Of a stretch of DNA of 64,000 nucleotides, positions 1 to 12,345 are shown piece after piece. The DNA comes from Octopus sinensis. Taxonomy: Eukaryota. Under the pieces are notes generated by a model, which was not told the DNA's origin, ran no database searches, and saw only the letters and a program-made list of their open reading frames with translations. How positions within the stretch are numbered: position 1 is the stretch's first letter; the number at the start of each line of letters is the position of its first letter. The translations under genes were made by a program, and so were the position numbers. Where the stretch lies: the NCBI RefSeq assembly GCF_006345805.1, contig NC_043013.1, positions 8,494,001 to 8,558,000 on the forward strand, read 5' to 3'.

Positions 1-155
1 ACATGTATATATACGACGGGCTTCTTTCAGTGTCCATCTACCAAACCCTCTCACAAGGCTCTGGTCAGTCCAAGGTTATAGTAGAAGACACTTGCCCAAG
101 GTGTCACGCAGTGGGACTGAACCCGGAACCATGTGGTTGGAAAGTAAGCTTTTTA
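1..155 (-). mobile_element. tRNA-derived CORE-type SINE (family A), partial
   Basis: Matches the 5' half of the many family A copies in the window (GGTTCAGTCCCACTGCGTGGCACCTTGGGCAAGTGTCTTCTACTATAG); CACCTTGGGCAAGTG resembles the CORE domain. Confidence 0.8.
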
Positions 156-439
156 TCACACATAAAAAAAAAGTTTAATATTTTGTGTATTATAGAAGTA
201 AGACCAATTTCAGGCACATAATTTTTAACGACAAAAACTTATATAGGCCCCTAAGGATCATATGAACCCTAGCTGAGAACCACTGGTCAACACAATAACA
301 ACTACATTTGTCCCATAATGTCTACTAGATTAGGGATCCCTAGGGGCCACAAAACCACAGCTACGTAATTACTTTGGAAAGGCTGCTCAAAGAACCGATT
401 TATTTAACAAAGTATAAGACTGCGTTTTGTTCAAGTAGT

Positions 440-668
440 TAACCCTTTCGTTACTGTATTTATTTTGAGATGTTCTTTGTTTCTTTCACTTAATTTTAAA
501 TATGACAAAGAATTTGATAAAATAACTTAGTTATCATTAAGCTAGTGTTAGGAACATAAATTGTAACTAAGGTTTGGTAGAAGATTTTAATTCAGAACGT
601 ATGAAAACAAGACATCTGTACTAAAGAACCAGGGCCGGTTTCAGCCAAATTGGTATCAAAAGGATTAA
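440..668. mobile_element. TTAA-bounded MITE (piggyBac/Kolobok-like)
   Basis: Terminal inverted repeats TTAACCCTTTCGTTAC / GTATCAAAAGGATTAA, no coding capacity. Confidence 0.65.
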
Positions 669-1045
669 ATAGGCTCAGAATGTAAGGGACTCTTTTGACA
701 AAATAGTTGAATGGATAAGATATTGAACTACAAGCAGCAAACGGGGAAAGAGAGAGAGCCTATATCTGGATGCTTGACCTGCTAGAAATGACCACTAAAT
801 GTGTCTAAAAACTAATAGTACGACTAACTGAGAAAAAATTAGTACTGCATATCAATTTATAACAAGAATATAACTAGAAGTATGTAGTACTATTTAGACT
901 CTCGTAAAAAAAAGAAGATATTGAACTACCAGTAACAAACGGGACAAGAGAGACCCTATTACTTGATCGACTGGAAATAATCACCAGATGTTTCTTTCTG
1001 ACATGTACTATATCAGAAAGAAATAGTACTACCTACTAATTCCTT

Positions 1046-1346
1046 GTGGAGGCACATGGCCTAGTGGTTAGAGCAGCGGACCTCGCGGTCGAGGGATCTC
1101 GGGTTCGAATCTCAGACCGGACAATGTGTGTGTTTATGAGCGAAACACCTAAACTCCACGAGGCTCCGGCCGAAGGTAATGGCGAAACTTCTGCTGACTC
1201 TTTCGCAACAACTTTCACTCTTTCCTCCTGAATCTTGCAGCTCACCTGCGATGGACCGGCATCCCGTCCAGGTGGGGAACCTATACGCCAAGACACCTGG
1301 AAAACTGGCCCTTATGAGCCAGGCATGGCTCGAGAAGGAACAAACA
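1046..1346 (+). mobile_element. tRNA-derived SINE (family C), full length
   Basis: A box TGGCCTAGTGG, B box GGTTCGAATC; 11-bp TSD ACTAATTCCTT at 1035-1045 and 1347-1357; other copies at 37474 and 40595. Confidence 0.9.
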
Positions 1347-1379
1347 ACTAATTCCTTTTTAGAATATAATGAAAACTAA

Positions 1380-1606
1380 GGCAATCTTTCGTCTCTAGTA
1401 GACCTTTCCGTCGATTTCCGTAAAAAAATTTTTTTTTTACATATGGGCTTGCGGGAACTTTTGAAGTAATATACATACATATACACATACACCGAGTAAA
1501 AAATTTCACTTATCTCTTTCTTTCACACATTACTCTGTCTCTTCACACACACTAACAGAAGCACTTCACTTACACAACATACTGTCTGTCTCCCACACCC
1601 CATCAA

Positions 1607-1637
<31 letters not shown>

Positions 1638-1830
1638 CATCAATGCTTCCATGCACGGTAACTTCAAAAGAACTTCCCTCGTCATACAATCGCTTTCTCT
1701 TAGTCTCTTTCGCTCTCATTATTTCAAAAGTTCCCGCAAGCCCATATGTAAAAAACGACGGAAATCGACGGAAAGGTCTACTAGAGACGAAAGATTGCCG
1801 AAAAGGCGATCGACGAAAGATTGCCGAAAA
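1380..1830. mobile_element. Foldback/MITE-like element with ~80-bp inverted arms
   Basis: 1380-1465 is the reverse complement of 1723-1799 (GGCAATCTTTCGTCTCTAGTAGACCTTTCCGTCGATTTCCG...); CT/CA-rich spacer. Confidence 0.75.
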
Positions 1831-2274
1831 CTAATAGTACAACATTCACCCTCGGAAAAAGAAAAAAAAAGAGATAGCTGGCTAAACCGGCAACTCCTTT
1901 GAAAATAGGCCTGTTGAGTAGTAAGTACTAATCTGAGATTTTCTCAATATACGTCTGGTGGAGAGATGTAGCGGGAATAAAGGACATTGCTGTCTTTTTT
2001 TGATGATGAAAGCTGAAAGCATCACCGATTCGTGAATTTTTTTTCTCTCCGAAATACTTATCTTCGTCTAACTTAAGAAATTAATTACGCAAAACTCAAT
2101 TTTAATGCAGTTTGTGAGGAATTACCTCCCTTCATTCGTGTATCTCGTTCTGTTCGGATCACAGACGATTTAGTGATGTCGCGCGCGCGTGTGTGTGTGT
2201 ATATTGCTTTATATGTTTTAGGAAAATTGAATGTATTGTAAATGCAATATATATATATATATATATATATAAAA

Positions 2275-2636
2275 ATTCAGTCCCGGGTTCAGTCCCACTG
2301 CGTGGCATCTTGGGCAAGTGTCTTCTGCTATAGACCCCGGGCCGACCAATGCCTTGTGAGTGGATTTGGTAGACGGAAACTGAAAGAAGCCTGTCGTATA
2401 TATGTATATATATATATATAAGTGTGTGTGTTTGTGTGTCTGTGTTTGTCCCCCTAGCATTGTTTGACAACCGATGCTGGTGTGTTTGCGTCCCCGTCAT
2501 ATAGCGGTTCGGCGGGGGAGATCGATAGAGTACTGGGCTTACAAAGAATAAGTCCCGGGGTCGATTTGCTCGACTAAAGGCGGTGCTCCAGCATGGCCAC
2601 AGTCAAATGACTGAAACAAGTAAAAGAGTAAAGAGT
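2275..2636 (+). mobile_element. CORE-type SINE family A, 5'-truncated
   Basis: CORE-like segment, central (TA)/(TG) microsatellite, 3' half ending in (GAGTAAAA)n. Confidence 0.85.
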
Positions 2637-2661
2637 ATACACACACACCACACACACACAC

Positions 2662-2715
<54 letters not shown>

Positions 2716-2956
2716 ATGCATGTATGTATATGTATGTGCGGTGAAAACAGGAATGTATTAATGTGTACAAAAAAAAACAAGGTATCTGCGTTAGAATTGT
2801 AATGTATGTGTGTGCGAGTGTGTGTATGTGTGTGTGTGTGTGCGTAAATGTTATTGAAAGATCCCAATGTGTTTGAGGATGTGTTGTGTAACGAATGTGT
2901 TAAGCAAGAGCGTGCGCACACGCGTGTGTTTGTGTGTGTGTGTGTAGGCAGGAGAG

Positions 2957-3540
2957 TCAGTGCATTAGAGAGAGAGAGGGAGGAGAGGGAATGTGTGATG
3001 TAGTGAAAGAGAAAGTAATATAGAGAAAGAGAAAGAGAGAGAGAGAGAGAGGAGAGAGAGAGAAAGAGAATAAGAATAAGAGAGAGACAGATAGACAGAG
3101 AGACAGACAGAGCGCGAGAGGGAATGTGTGGTGTAGTGAAAGAAAGTAATATAGAGAGAGAGGGAGAAAGAGTATAAGGGAGAGAGAGAGTGGGAGAAAG
3201 AGAAGAATAAGAGAGAGACAGAGAGACATAGGGGAGAGAGGGAATGTGTGATGTAGCGAAAGAGAAAGTAATGTAGAGAGAAAGCGAGAGAAGGAGAAAG
3301 AGTATAAGGGAAAGAGAGAGAGTGGGAGAAAGAGAATAAGAATAAGAGACAGATAGACAGACAGACAGAGGGGAGAGAGGGAATGTGTGGTGTAGTCAAA
3401 GAGAAAGTAATACGCAAAGAGAGAGAGTGAGTGAGAGAAAGAGAGTAAGAGAGATAGAGAGATAGAGACAGAGGGGAGAGAGGAAATGTGTGGTGTAGTC
3501 AAAGAGAAAGTAATGTGCAAAGAGAGAGAGAGAGTGAGAG

Positions 3541-3575
<35 letters not shown>

Positions 3576-3790
3576 GAGATAGAGACAGAGGGGAGAGAGG
3601 GAATGTGTGGTGTGATGTAGTGAAAGAGAAATTAATGTGCAAAGAGAGAGTGAGTGAGAGAGAGCGAGAGAGACAGACAGACAAAGGAATAGGGAATGTT
3701 TGATGTGGTGAAAGGGAAAGTAATACAGAGGGAGAAAGAGAGAGCGAGAGAGAGAGAGAGAGAGAGAGAGAAATAGATAGATAGATACAT
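2957..3790. repeat. GA-rich compound minisatellite
   Basis: Motif GGGAATGTGTGGTGTAGT(G/C)AAAGAGAAAGTAAT recurs every ~100-140 bp amid (GA)n. Confidence 0.8.
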
Positions 3791-4289
3791 AAGGAGAGAG
3801 CTGTGAAAAATGGATTATGTAACAGTTGTTATATAAAGTATTGAAACATCTGGAGATTAAAAAACTCTGTGGTAGAATAATGAGTATCATGAGTGGTAGG
3901 GAGTACTCTACTATTTGGAGTACTGTGACAGTCTGTACCATACTTACTGGTTATCTTTTCCTTGTATCAGTCAATGGACAGTTGCCTTGCTGGAGCACAA
4001 ACCTTGAATGGTTTACTTGAACAGATTGATCCCCAGTACTTGGATGTTAAGTCTAGTACTTATTCTATCGGTTTATTTTGCTGACCCCTAACCCTAAGTT
4101 ATGAGGATGTAAACAAACCATCTCTGGTTGTTAAGTGGTAGAGTGGGGAACAAACACAAGGACATGCAAACACATTCATATACACAAATATATAAAAATG
4201 TGTGTATGTATGTCCACACACACACACACACACACACATATACTGCGTTTCAAATCATTAACGATGTAACATTTTTATTATTTTATTCG

Positions 4290-4592
4290 GAACCATCTGA
4301 ACGTGGCTGTTGCCAGCACTGCACCGACTGGCCTCCGTGCCAGTGGCACATAAAAGCACCATCCAATCGTGGCCGTTTGCCAGCCTCGTCTAGCACCTGC
4401 GCCAGTGGCACATAAAAATCACCCACTACACTCACAGAGTGGTTGGTGTTAGGAAGGGCATCCAGCCGTAGAAACACTGCCAGATCAGACTGGGCCTGGT
4501 GCAGCCTTCTGGTTTCCCAGACCCCAGTCGAACCGTCCAACCCATGCTAGCATGGAAAGCGGACGTTAAACGATGATGATGATGATGATGAT
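4290..4592 (+). mobile_element. RTE 3'-end-derived short element with (GAT)n tail
   Basis: GGAAGGGCATCCAGCCGTAGAAAC...CCAACCCATGCTAGCATGGAAAGCGGACGTTAAACGATGATG; same sequence ends the RTE LINE at ~52960. Confidence 0.85.
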
Positions 4593-4763
4593 TTAAAAAC
4601 TACTCGAAATTCAACGAAATTTTCACAGATGTGCGTGTTTATTTACACGAAAGAGAATTATTGGAGAACTTTCATCTAATTCTTCCAAATCTTTCTGTTA
4701 AAACTGTATTGAAACTTTAGCTGTTATGTGTTGTCGTGTCATCTAATGAGACTCTCAGAAGAC

Positions 4764-5302
4764 TGTTATGTTATTGTGGTGGAAGGAACCTGGTAAAGAA
4801 TGTATAAAAGACAAGGTGGTAACTTTAACATGTTTATTGTGGTCACACGCATATACCCAATGGAATGATGAACAGTATGGTCGATGGACTTTCATATATA
4901 TCTACAGGCATCTACATGGGTTGTATTTAAGCTGTTAACCCTGATGAGACGCTCACGAACAGCGATGTAGGAACCAGAGCAGTGTGTTGGTGCTGTGTAG
5001 ACGTTGACAACGTTGGTGAGAGACATCTGATGTGACAAGGGGGTCAGTGGTCAGACCTTAGAAAGTCTAACACCAACTGACTCCGAGCCTAGGAAGAGGT
5101 GAGCTTTTATAGCTTATGGGTAGGCTCAAATGCTTGTTTGGAACAGACTGTATCACCTGACTTATTCGCAGGTTGTGATTGGTTGGGTTACATACTGGCA
5201 CGCGATAGAGTGAGAGACAAATTGTGCCAATATCAACCAATCAAAGTGGTAGACACAATGGGATCCAAAACAGCATCCAAAGGCTAGCTGTTACCTGCTA
5301 CA
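4764..5302 (-). mobile_element. Possible solo LTR
   Basis: TG...CA termini; on the minus strand CCAAT boxes, then TATAAAA (~5105), then AATAAA (~4835); no convincing TSD. Confidence 0.4.
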
Positions 5303-5329
5303 TTCATATGTACTTAATATAAGAGAGGC

Positions 5330-5565
5330 AGTGAGCTGGCAGAAATGTTAGCACACTGGGCAAAATGCCTAGCAGTATTGTGTCTGCTGTTAGGTTCTGA
5401 GTTCAAATTCCGCCGAGGTCGACTTCGCCTCTCATCCTTTCAGGGTCGATTAAATAAGTACCAGTTATCACTGGGGTCAATGTAATTGACTTAATCCCCT
5501 TGTCTGTCCTTGTTTGTCCCCCTCTATGTTTAGCCCCCTGTGGGCAATAAAGAAATAAATATAAG
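5330..5565 (+). mobile_element. tRNA-derived SINE (family B)
   Basis: GAGCTGGCAGAAATGTTAGC head, GAGTTCAAATTCC B box, TCATCCTTTCAGGGTCGATTAAATAAGTACCAG body. Confidence 0.85.
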
Positions 5566-5761
5566 AGAGGAAGCTCACAAGAGTTCGCTACAAAACCATT
5601 TGTGGGGATTTTTTTATCACAGCAACTGATCGTACACCACAAGGTTTAACGGAACCTACTGAAGCAAGCCAGCATGCTAATAAATGGCTCTTGAATAAAA
5701 TATTAAAAATGCTACATCATTAATAATTTAAAATGCAGTGTGTGTGTGTGTGTGTGTATAT

Positions 5762-6018
5762 ATATTTCGTTTTGGGATTTGGTTTGCAAGATTCTTTATA
5801 TGAGTTCGTGTGTTGAAGCATATTCTGTTGTGTCTGGGGAGAGTCATTCTCTTTTGGTGCTTTATAATTTAACACACTCACTGGTAAAATTTCCACTTGT
5901 TTCTATTTTATTTTTCTAAAATTTTCTTGCAACTTTTTCAATAGTGAAAATTTTACCAGTGAGTGTGTTAAATTATAAGGCACTAAAAGAGAATGACTCC
6001 CCCCAGACACAACAGTAT
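5762..6018 (-). mobile_element. Foldback element with Penelope pLTR-like architecture
   Basis: ~75-bp inverted arms 5822-5896 / 5944-6018, unpaired tail 5762-5821, (TA)n flanks; loop holds a truncated hammerhead-like motif. Confidence 0.6.
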
Positions 6019-6208
6019 ATATATATATCATCATCATCATCATATATATATATATATATAAACGGCAGTGCATCAGCATGGCCGCAGCTCTGAGCTAAAA
6101 CTAGAGAAGAAAAAATATATATATAATATAAATCATATATCTGAATAAAAAGCACACTCTAAAGACTAGAGCAGTAAAGCATTAAATCACTAAACTTAAA
6201 GCCTGGTC

Positions 6209-6274
6209 ATAAAGTTACCAATGGTTTCGCACCTACAAAAGCCACAGCCTTGTGGACAGTTCATCAAACTCTAT
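6209..6274 (-). ncRNA. Type I hammerhead ribozyme motif, degenerate (U3)
   Basis: Minus strand: ATAGAGT-TTGATGA-irregular stem II-GAAA-CCATTGG-TA-ACTTTAT; 7-bp stem I. Confidence 0.6.
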
Positions 6275-6954
6275 AAAAAGACAAAATTTAACTTTAGTGA
6301 TTTAACACACACACACTCACATTCACACACATGGTGAATGGAAAATTAGTAACTGGGGCAAAATGAGTAATTTCTGATTTCTTATATTTTCCCTACCTGT
6401 TTGAAATCCTTATATTGCAAGTATTATGTCATCTTTGGAAGTTGCATCATTATTGGGAGTAAAAATCGGCCAGCACAGTTGTTGCTGAAGTTGAGAGAAT
6501 TTGAAACAGTCAAATGACTGGTACATGTTTTTAAAGAAATTCTTCCTCAAAGTGAGGTTGCTAATAAAATACCTGGATAATTTTTGGTGCTTAACAATCA
6601 AAATTCTTTTCTCTGCTGGATTCCAAGTCCATTCCCCCCTACACTAATCTCTAATTTGATAATTTTCAATTTTGAAAATAATGATGTCTAAAATGGGGGG
6701 AAAAGTGAGTTATGACTAATTTCTATAATTTCTTTAGCTGCATGGTGCATAAATATATTAAGGGAGTCACTCCAGTAGATCGTGAAGAAACTATAGAGAA
6801 TATTTTATGCTGAGTTTTGCTAATTTCCCACCATGTACCATTTTCCCATGATCCTCTTTCATTTGACCTACATATTTTAAAATTTTGTTGCATTTCTGCT
6901 CTTTCTGATGTCTAACGATGAATATTAATAATAATAATGAAATTATCGTATATA

Positions 6955-7110
6955 TTTCTTTACTGCTCACAAGGGGCTAAACATAGAGGGGACAAACAAG
7001 GACAGACAAAGGGGGTTAAGTCGATTACATCGACCCCCAGTGCGAAACTGGTAATTTATTTATCGACCCCGAAAGGATGAAAGACAAAGTAGACCTCGGC
7101 GGGATTTGAA
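6955..7110 (-). mobile_element. SINE family B, partial
   Basis: Reverse complement of the family B body. Confidence 0.75.
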
Positions 7111-7114
7111 CTCA

Positions 7115-8020
7115 TCGTATACAGTGCTCAGGTGCACCACGACTTGTCAAAAGTGCATCTAAAGCATGTGCCTTAATGTACAAATGTCTGGGAAGTGAAC
7201 AGTGTATGAGTCAGATACATGCTTGTGTGTGTATGGAGGGGAGAAAATCTGTAGTGTTGGTGAATCTCAGGAAGCATGGAAGTTTTGAAGGATGCAGTGC
7301 TCCAACAACTAACAACTGATGCTGGCAGTTTGTTCCATACTTCAGCAACTCTTAGCTCGAAAAAATGCTTCCGAAAGTCATGGGAGCTGTGCTGTTTTCT
7401 GACTTTGTAAGCATGTCCACGGGTGTTAGACAGGTGGAGTTCGAAAAGATGCTCAGAGTTATTGTTGGTAAGATAGTTAATAATTTTATGGATATCTGCC
7501 AAGTCAGCTGCCAGACATCGGAGTTTCAATGTATCCATGCCCAGGGAAGTAAGGCATTCAGAATATGGCAAATGCTTGATGGAGGGTATTCTCTTGGTTG
7601 CACGTCGCTGAACAGTTTCCAGATGATTAATATCCTGGTCAAGATAGGGGTTCCAGACCTATTTCTGTACTACCCACAAGGGGCTAAAAACAGAGGGGAC
7701 TAACAAGGACAGACAAACAGATTAAGTCGATTACATCGACTCCAGTGCGCAACTGGTACTTATTTAATCGACTCCAAAAGGATGAAAGGCAAAGTCGACC
7801 TTGGTGGAATTTGAACTCAGAACGTAGCAGCAGATGAAATACCGCTAAGCATTTCGCCCGGTGTGCTAACGTTTCTGCCAGCTCGCCGCCTTGGGTTCCA
7901 GACTGGTGATGCAAATTCCAGGTGAGGCTGCACCATAGTTATATAAAGCCTCAGATAGATAGCCAAAGAGCAGCTCACAAAGGACTGTGTATGAGTCTGT
8001 TTCCAAATGTGGAGGAGTGA
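7115..8020 (-). mobile_element. CR1/L2-group LINE, ORF2 C-terminal remnant interrupted by a SINE
   Basis: MVQPHLEFASPVWNP|YLDQDINHLETVQRRATKRI...TRGHAYKV...FFELRVAEVWNKLP. Confidence 0.85.
7659..7892 (-). mobile_element. SINE family B, full length, inserted in the LINE
   Basis: 11-bp TSD GGGTTCCAGAC at 7648-7658 and 7893-7903. Confidence 0.92.
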
Positions 8021-8585
8021 AGAGGCAAATTTACTTTATCTTGACTTACTCATTTTGCCCCAACTAAACTTGTCTTTCATATGCTCAAACAGAACAGAGG
8101 TAATTTTCTGAAATAGTGTTTTGAATATGTTATAGAGTTTTTTAAATGCATTTAGAGAAAGTTGTTGGCTTAGCTGATATAGTTTTTGTAAGGTAGTGAA
8201 AATTTGTATAAACATATTTTGAGTCACAGTCAAAAATGCAGAAAATATTACTCATTGTGCCCTCCCACCCCATATATTGCTGTCTAAGAATCCATAAGTC
8301 AGAAAAAATAAGTTCTAGTATATTTGTCAATAGAGATGGTATATCAATCAAAGTATATAGTGTTGTATATCCATTTTAGTCAATTTTACCAATCAGTCGT
8401 TTTCAAACTGTATCTCTTATGATAATACTAGATAAACAGATATTAGATTACAACACCATTATCTAATATCCGGTTATTTGATATCCAGTATGAAACTGAT
8501 AGATAAGATCGGCTGAAATGGATCCATGAAACCCTAAACTTTTGATACACATACACACACACACACACATGTATGTTATATATAC

Positions 8586-8625
<40 letters not shown>

Positions 8626-8635
8626 TATATATATA

Positions 8636-8677
<42 letters not shown>

Positions 8678-8688
8678 TATATACATAC

Positions 8689-8729
<41 letters not shown>

Positions 8730-8733
<4 letters not shown>

Positions 8734-10097
8734 TATATTAAATTAGAGATAAAACCACCATTAGGCAAATCAAACAGTGAAAATCATAAGCCAATACATA
8801 GAAAAAAATTAATTAAAAAATATAAAATATAAAATATAAAAGATATAAAATATAAAATTCCAAATTAAAATATTTAAATTAAAGTTAAAATTTTTAAAAT
8901 TATTTAAATAATTTAAACTTATAAATTTTGTAGTTTTAAATTTCTTATAATTATTATTTTAACTTATCGTCTTTTTAAATTGATATTTGTTAGATTTATT
9001 ATTCCCATTGATAAATATATTTATAGTATTTATTTGATACTATATAACTATGAATTGATTATTTTTTTAAGTATTTTAAATATAAGATTTCTGAAAGTTA
9101 TTATTTAGCCAATGAGATATAAAGATAGTTAATTTGATATAGCGTTCGTTTAAGATTGTTTGTTTGTATTTTTGAAATTAGCTATTTCATCTTTAAATAT
9201 GAAAAATTAATTTATTAGGTCTTTATTATATGTGCATATATATATTTATAGAGATTATTTTACATCTTAATTATAATATTTATATACATTTATATATTTT
9301 CATTGATAATTTGTATATTATTTGAATTTTATATTTTTAATAATATAATAGATTTTTTGTAAAATATTTATGTAATTAGATATTGACTATTACTGATATT
9401 AGATTATTGGTGGGTTTCTTACCTTAAAAATTAATACTTAAAAATTAAATTAATATTTAACATTATAATTGTTGTTTTGATATAATCATAATCGTTAAGT
9501 TTCTAGTTTGATAATATTTCTTAAAAATATTGTTTAAATATTTCTGATTACTTATTAAAATATTACAAGTCACCTGAGGATTGACTGTAACCATAATTCG
9601 AATTATTAATTGAATTTAAATTATTGTTATTCGAATTGGTTACGGGCATGAAACGATCGTAGTGTTTTTACTATTTATCTTATATTAAACTTTTAACACT
9701 TTTTGATAGTTATATAATTTATAAAAAAAAAATAAATTAAAATAAAATAAAATAAAATAAAATAAAATAAAATAAATAATAATAAAATATATATATATAT
9801 ATATATATGTATTTAAAATTTATAAGTTTAAATTATTTAAATAATTAAAAAAATTTTTAACTTTAATTTAAATATTTTAATTTGAAATTTTATATTTTAT
9901 ATCTTTTATATTTATATTTTATATTTTTTAAATTAATTTTTTTCTATGTATTGGCTTATGATTTTCACTGTTTCATTTGCCTAATGGTGGTTTTATCTCT
10001 AATTTAATATAATATATATATATATACTATAAATTTGGATTTAGTCCTAAATCTAATTTTTCCCTGTAAGTTTGGATTTACTCCCTAATATTATTAT
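8730..10097 (+). mobile_element. AT-rich foldback element (Penelope pLTR-like) with hammerhead
   Basis: ~200-bp inverted arms 8730-8928 / 9815-10014, tail 10027-10097 shared with the 49-kb element, (TA)n flanks. Confidence 0.75.
9571..9664 (+). ncRNA. Type I hammerhead ribozyme motif with long stem II
   Basis: CAC-CTGAGGA-[69-nt hairpin]-GAAA-CGATCG-TA-GTG; palindromic stem III ACGATCGT. Confidence 0.75.
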
Positions 10098-10484
10098 ATA
10101 TAAGTATATATATATATATATATATACCAAGTAATTTAGGGTTTATATATATATATATATATATATAAATTACATGATTCATTTGAATCAAGGTATTTTA
10201 AAAGTAAGGATACCAAGTTAAGGTCAAGATTAACATAGCTGGTTTTTACATGATGTAATCAGTTTTCTCATAAAAAAAAATGTGTCTGAAACAGCTGAAG
10301 GGAATCTTAACCCATTTCTATATTTGTATTCTTTCTTTATATATATATATATATATATATATATCACAGGTTTCCACATATTTTCTCCCTAGTAAACTCA
10401 CTCACAAGGCATCAAGTTAGCCTGGAGGTATTGTAGAAGACACTTGTCCAAAGTTATATGCAATGGAACTGAATCTGAAACTTT

Positions 10485-12345
10485 GTGTAGCATCGTTGTG
10501 TAGCATCCTAGTGTAGCATTCTAGTGTAGCATCGTTGTGTAGCATCCTAGTGTACCATTCTAGTGTAGCATCGTTGTGTAACATCCTAGTGTAGCATCCT
10601 TGTGTAGCATCCTTGTGTAGCATCGTTGTGTAGCATCCTTGTGTAGCATCGTTGTGTAGCATCGTTGTGTAGCATCGTTGTGTAGCATCTTAGTGTAGCA
10701 TCGTTGTGTAGCATCCATGTGTAGCATCGTTGTGTAGCATCGTTGTGTAGCATCGTTGTGTAGCATCCTTGAGTAGCATCCTTATGAAACATCCTTGTGT
10801 AGCATCCATGTGTAGCATCCTTGTGTAGCATCAATGTGTAGCATCCTTGTGTAGCATCGTTGTGTAGCATCGTTGTGTAGCATCCTTGTGTAGCATCCTT
10901 GTGTAGCATCCTTATGTAACATCGTTGTGTAGCATCGTTGTGTAGCATCGTTGTGCAGCATCGTTGTGTAGCATCGTTGTGTAGCATCCTTATGTAACAT
11001 CCTTGTGTAGCATCGTTGTGTAGCATCGTTGTGTAGCATCGTTGTGTAGCATCCTTGAGTAGCATCATTATGAAACATCCTTGTGTAGCATCGTTGTGTA
11101 GCATCCTTGTGTAGCATCCATGTGTAGCATCCTTGTGTAGCATCGTTGTGTAGCATCGTTGTGTAGCATCCTTGTGTAGCATCGTTGTGTAGCATCCTTA
11201 TGTAACATCCTTGTGTAGCATCGTTGTGTAGCATCATTATGTAGCATCGTTGTGTAGCATCCTTGTGTAGCATCGTTGAGTAGCATCCTTATGTAGCATC
11301 CTTGTGTAGCATCGTTGTGTAGCATCGTTGTGTAGCATCGTTGTGTAGCATCCTTATGTAACATCCTTATGTAATATCCTTGTGTAGCATCGTTGTGTAG
11401 CATCGTTGTGTAGCATCGTTGTGTAGCATGGTTGAGTAGCATCCTTATGTAACATCGTTGTGTAGCATCGTTGTGTAGCATCCTTGTGTAGCATCGTTGT
11501 GTAGCATCGTTGTGTAGCATCGTTGTGTAGTATCCTTGTGTAGCATCGTTGTGTAGCATCCTTATGTAACATCGTTGTGTAGCATCGTTGTGTAGCATCG
11601 TTGTGTAGCATCGTTGTGCAGCATCGTTGTGTAGCATCCTTGAGTAGCATCCTTATGAAACATCCTTGTGTAGCATCGTTGTGTAGCATCGTTGTGTAGC
11701 ATCCTTATGTAGCATCGTTGTGTAGCATCGTTGTGTAGCATCGTTGTGTAGCATCGTTGTGTAGCATCGTTGTGTAGCATCGTTGTGTAGCATCGTTGTG
11801 TAGCATCGTTGTGTAGCATCGTTGTGTAGCATCGTTGTGTAGCATCCTTTGGTAGCATCGTTGTGTAGCATCCTTGTGTAGCATCGTTGTGTAGCATCGT
11901 TGTGTAGCATCGTTGTGTAGCATCGTTGTGTAGCATCGTTGTGTAGCATCGTTGTGTTGTGTAGCATCGTTGTGTAGCATGTTGTGTAGCATCGTTGTGT
12001 AGCATCTTTGGTAGCATCGTTGTGTAGCATCCTTGTGTAGCATCGTTGTGTAGCATCCTATGTAACATCCTTGTGTAGCATCGTTTGTAGCATCGTGTGT
12101 AGCATCGTGTGTAGCATCGTTGTGTAGCATGTTGTGTAGCATCGTTGTTAGCATCCTTGTGTAGCATCTTGTGTAGCATCGTTGTGTAGCATCGTTGTGT
12201 AGCATCGTTGTGTGCATCGTTGTGTAGCATCCTTGAGTAGCATCCTTGTGTAGCATCCATATGTATCATGCTTATGTAGCATCCTTTTGTAAGATCCCTG
12301 TGTAGCATCTTTGTGTAGCATCCTTTGGTAGCATCCTTGTATAGT
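10485..12345. repeat. 13-bp minisatellite (GTGTAGCATC(G/C)TT)n, about 140 units
   Basis: Direct tandem units without spacers; variant units recur at multiples of 13 bp. Confidence 0.97.

Larger units (their letters stand above)
6352..8273 (-). mobile_element. Decayed DNA transposon (pogo/DDE_1-like) hosting later insertions
   Basis: Inverted GGGGCAAAATGAGTAA motifs at ~6355 and ~8046 (variant ~8247); minus-strand peptide SIVSSRSTGVTPL resembles the GFxxTGIxP motif. Confidence 0.35.

Noticed and set aside
1046-1120. tRNA genes at SINE heads (also 24869, 37474, 55044)
   Set aside because: A and B boxes continue into repeated SINE bodies with TSDs; no complete cloverleaf
4941-4975. CTGATGA followed by a hairpin
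   Set aside because: No GAAA or stem III after the hairpin
8930-9570. Penelope ORF remnant inside the 8.7-kb foldback (YKISESYY)
   Set aside because: Only a faint resemblance in very AT-rich sequence; needs tBLASTn support
10417-12308. Long MLHNDATQRCYTT repeat ORFs; possible CRISPR-like array
   Set aside because: A stop-free 13-bp satellite read through; no unique spacers, eukaryotic context, frames broken by indels
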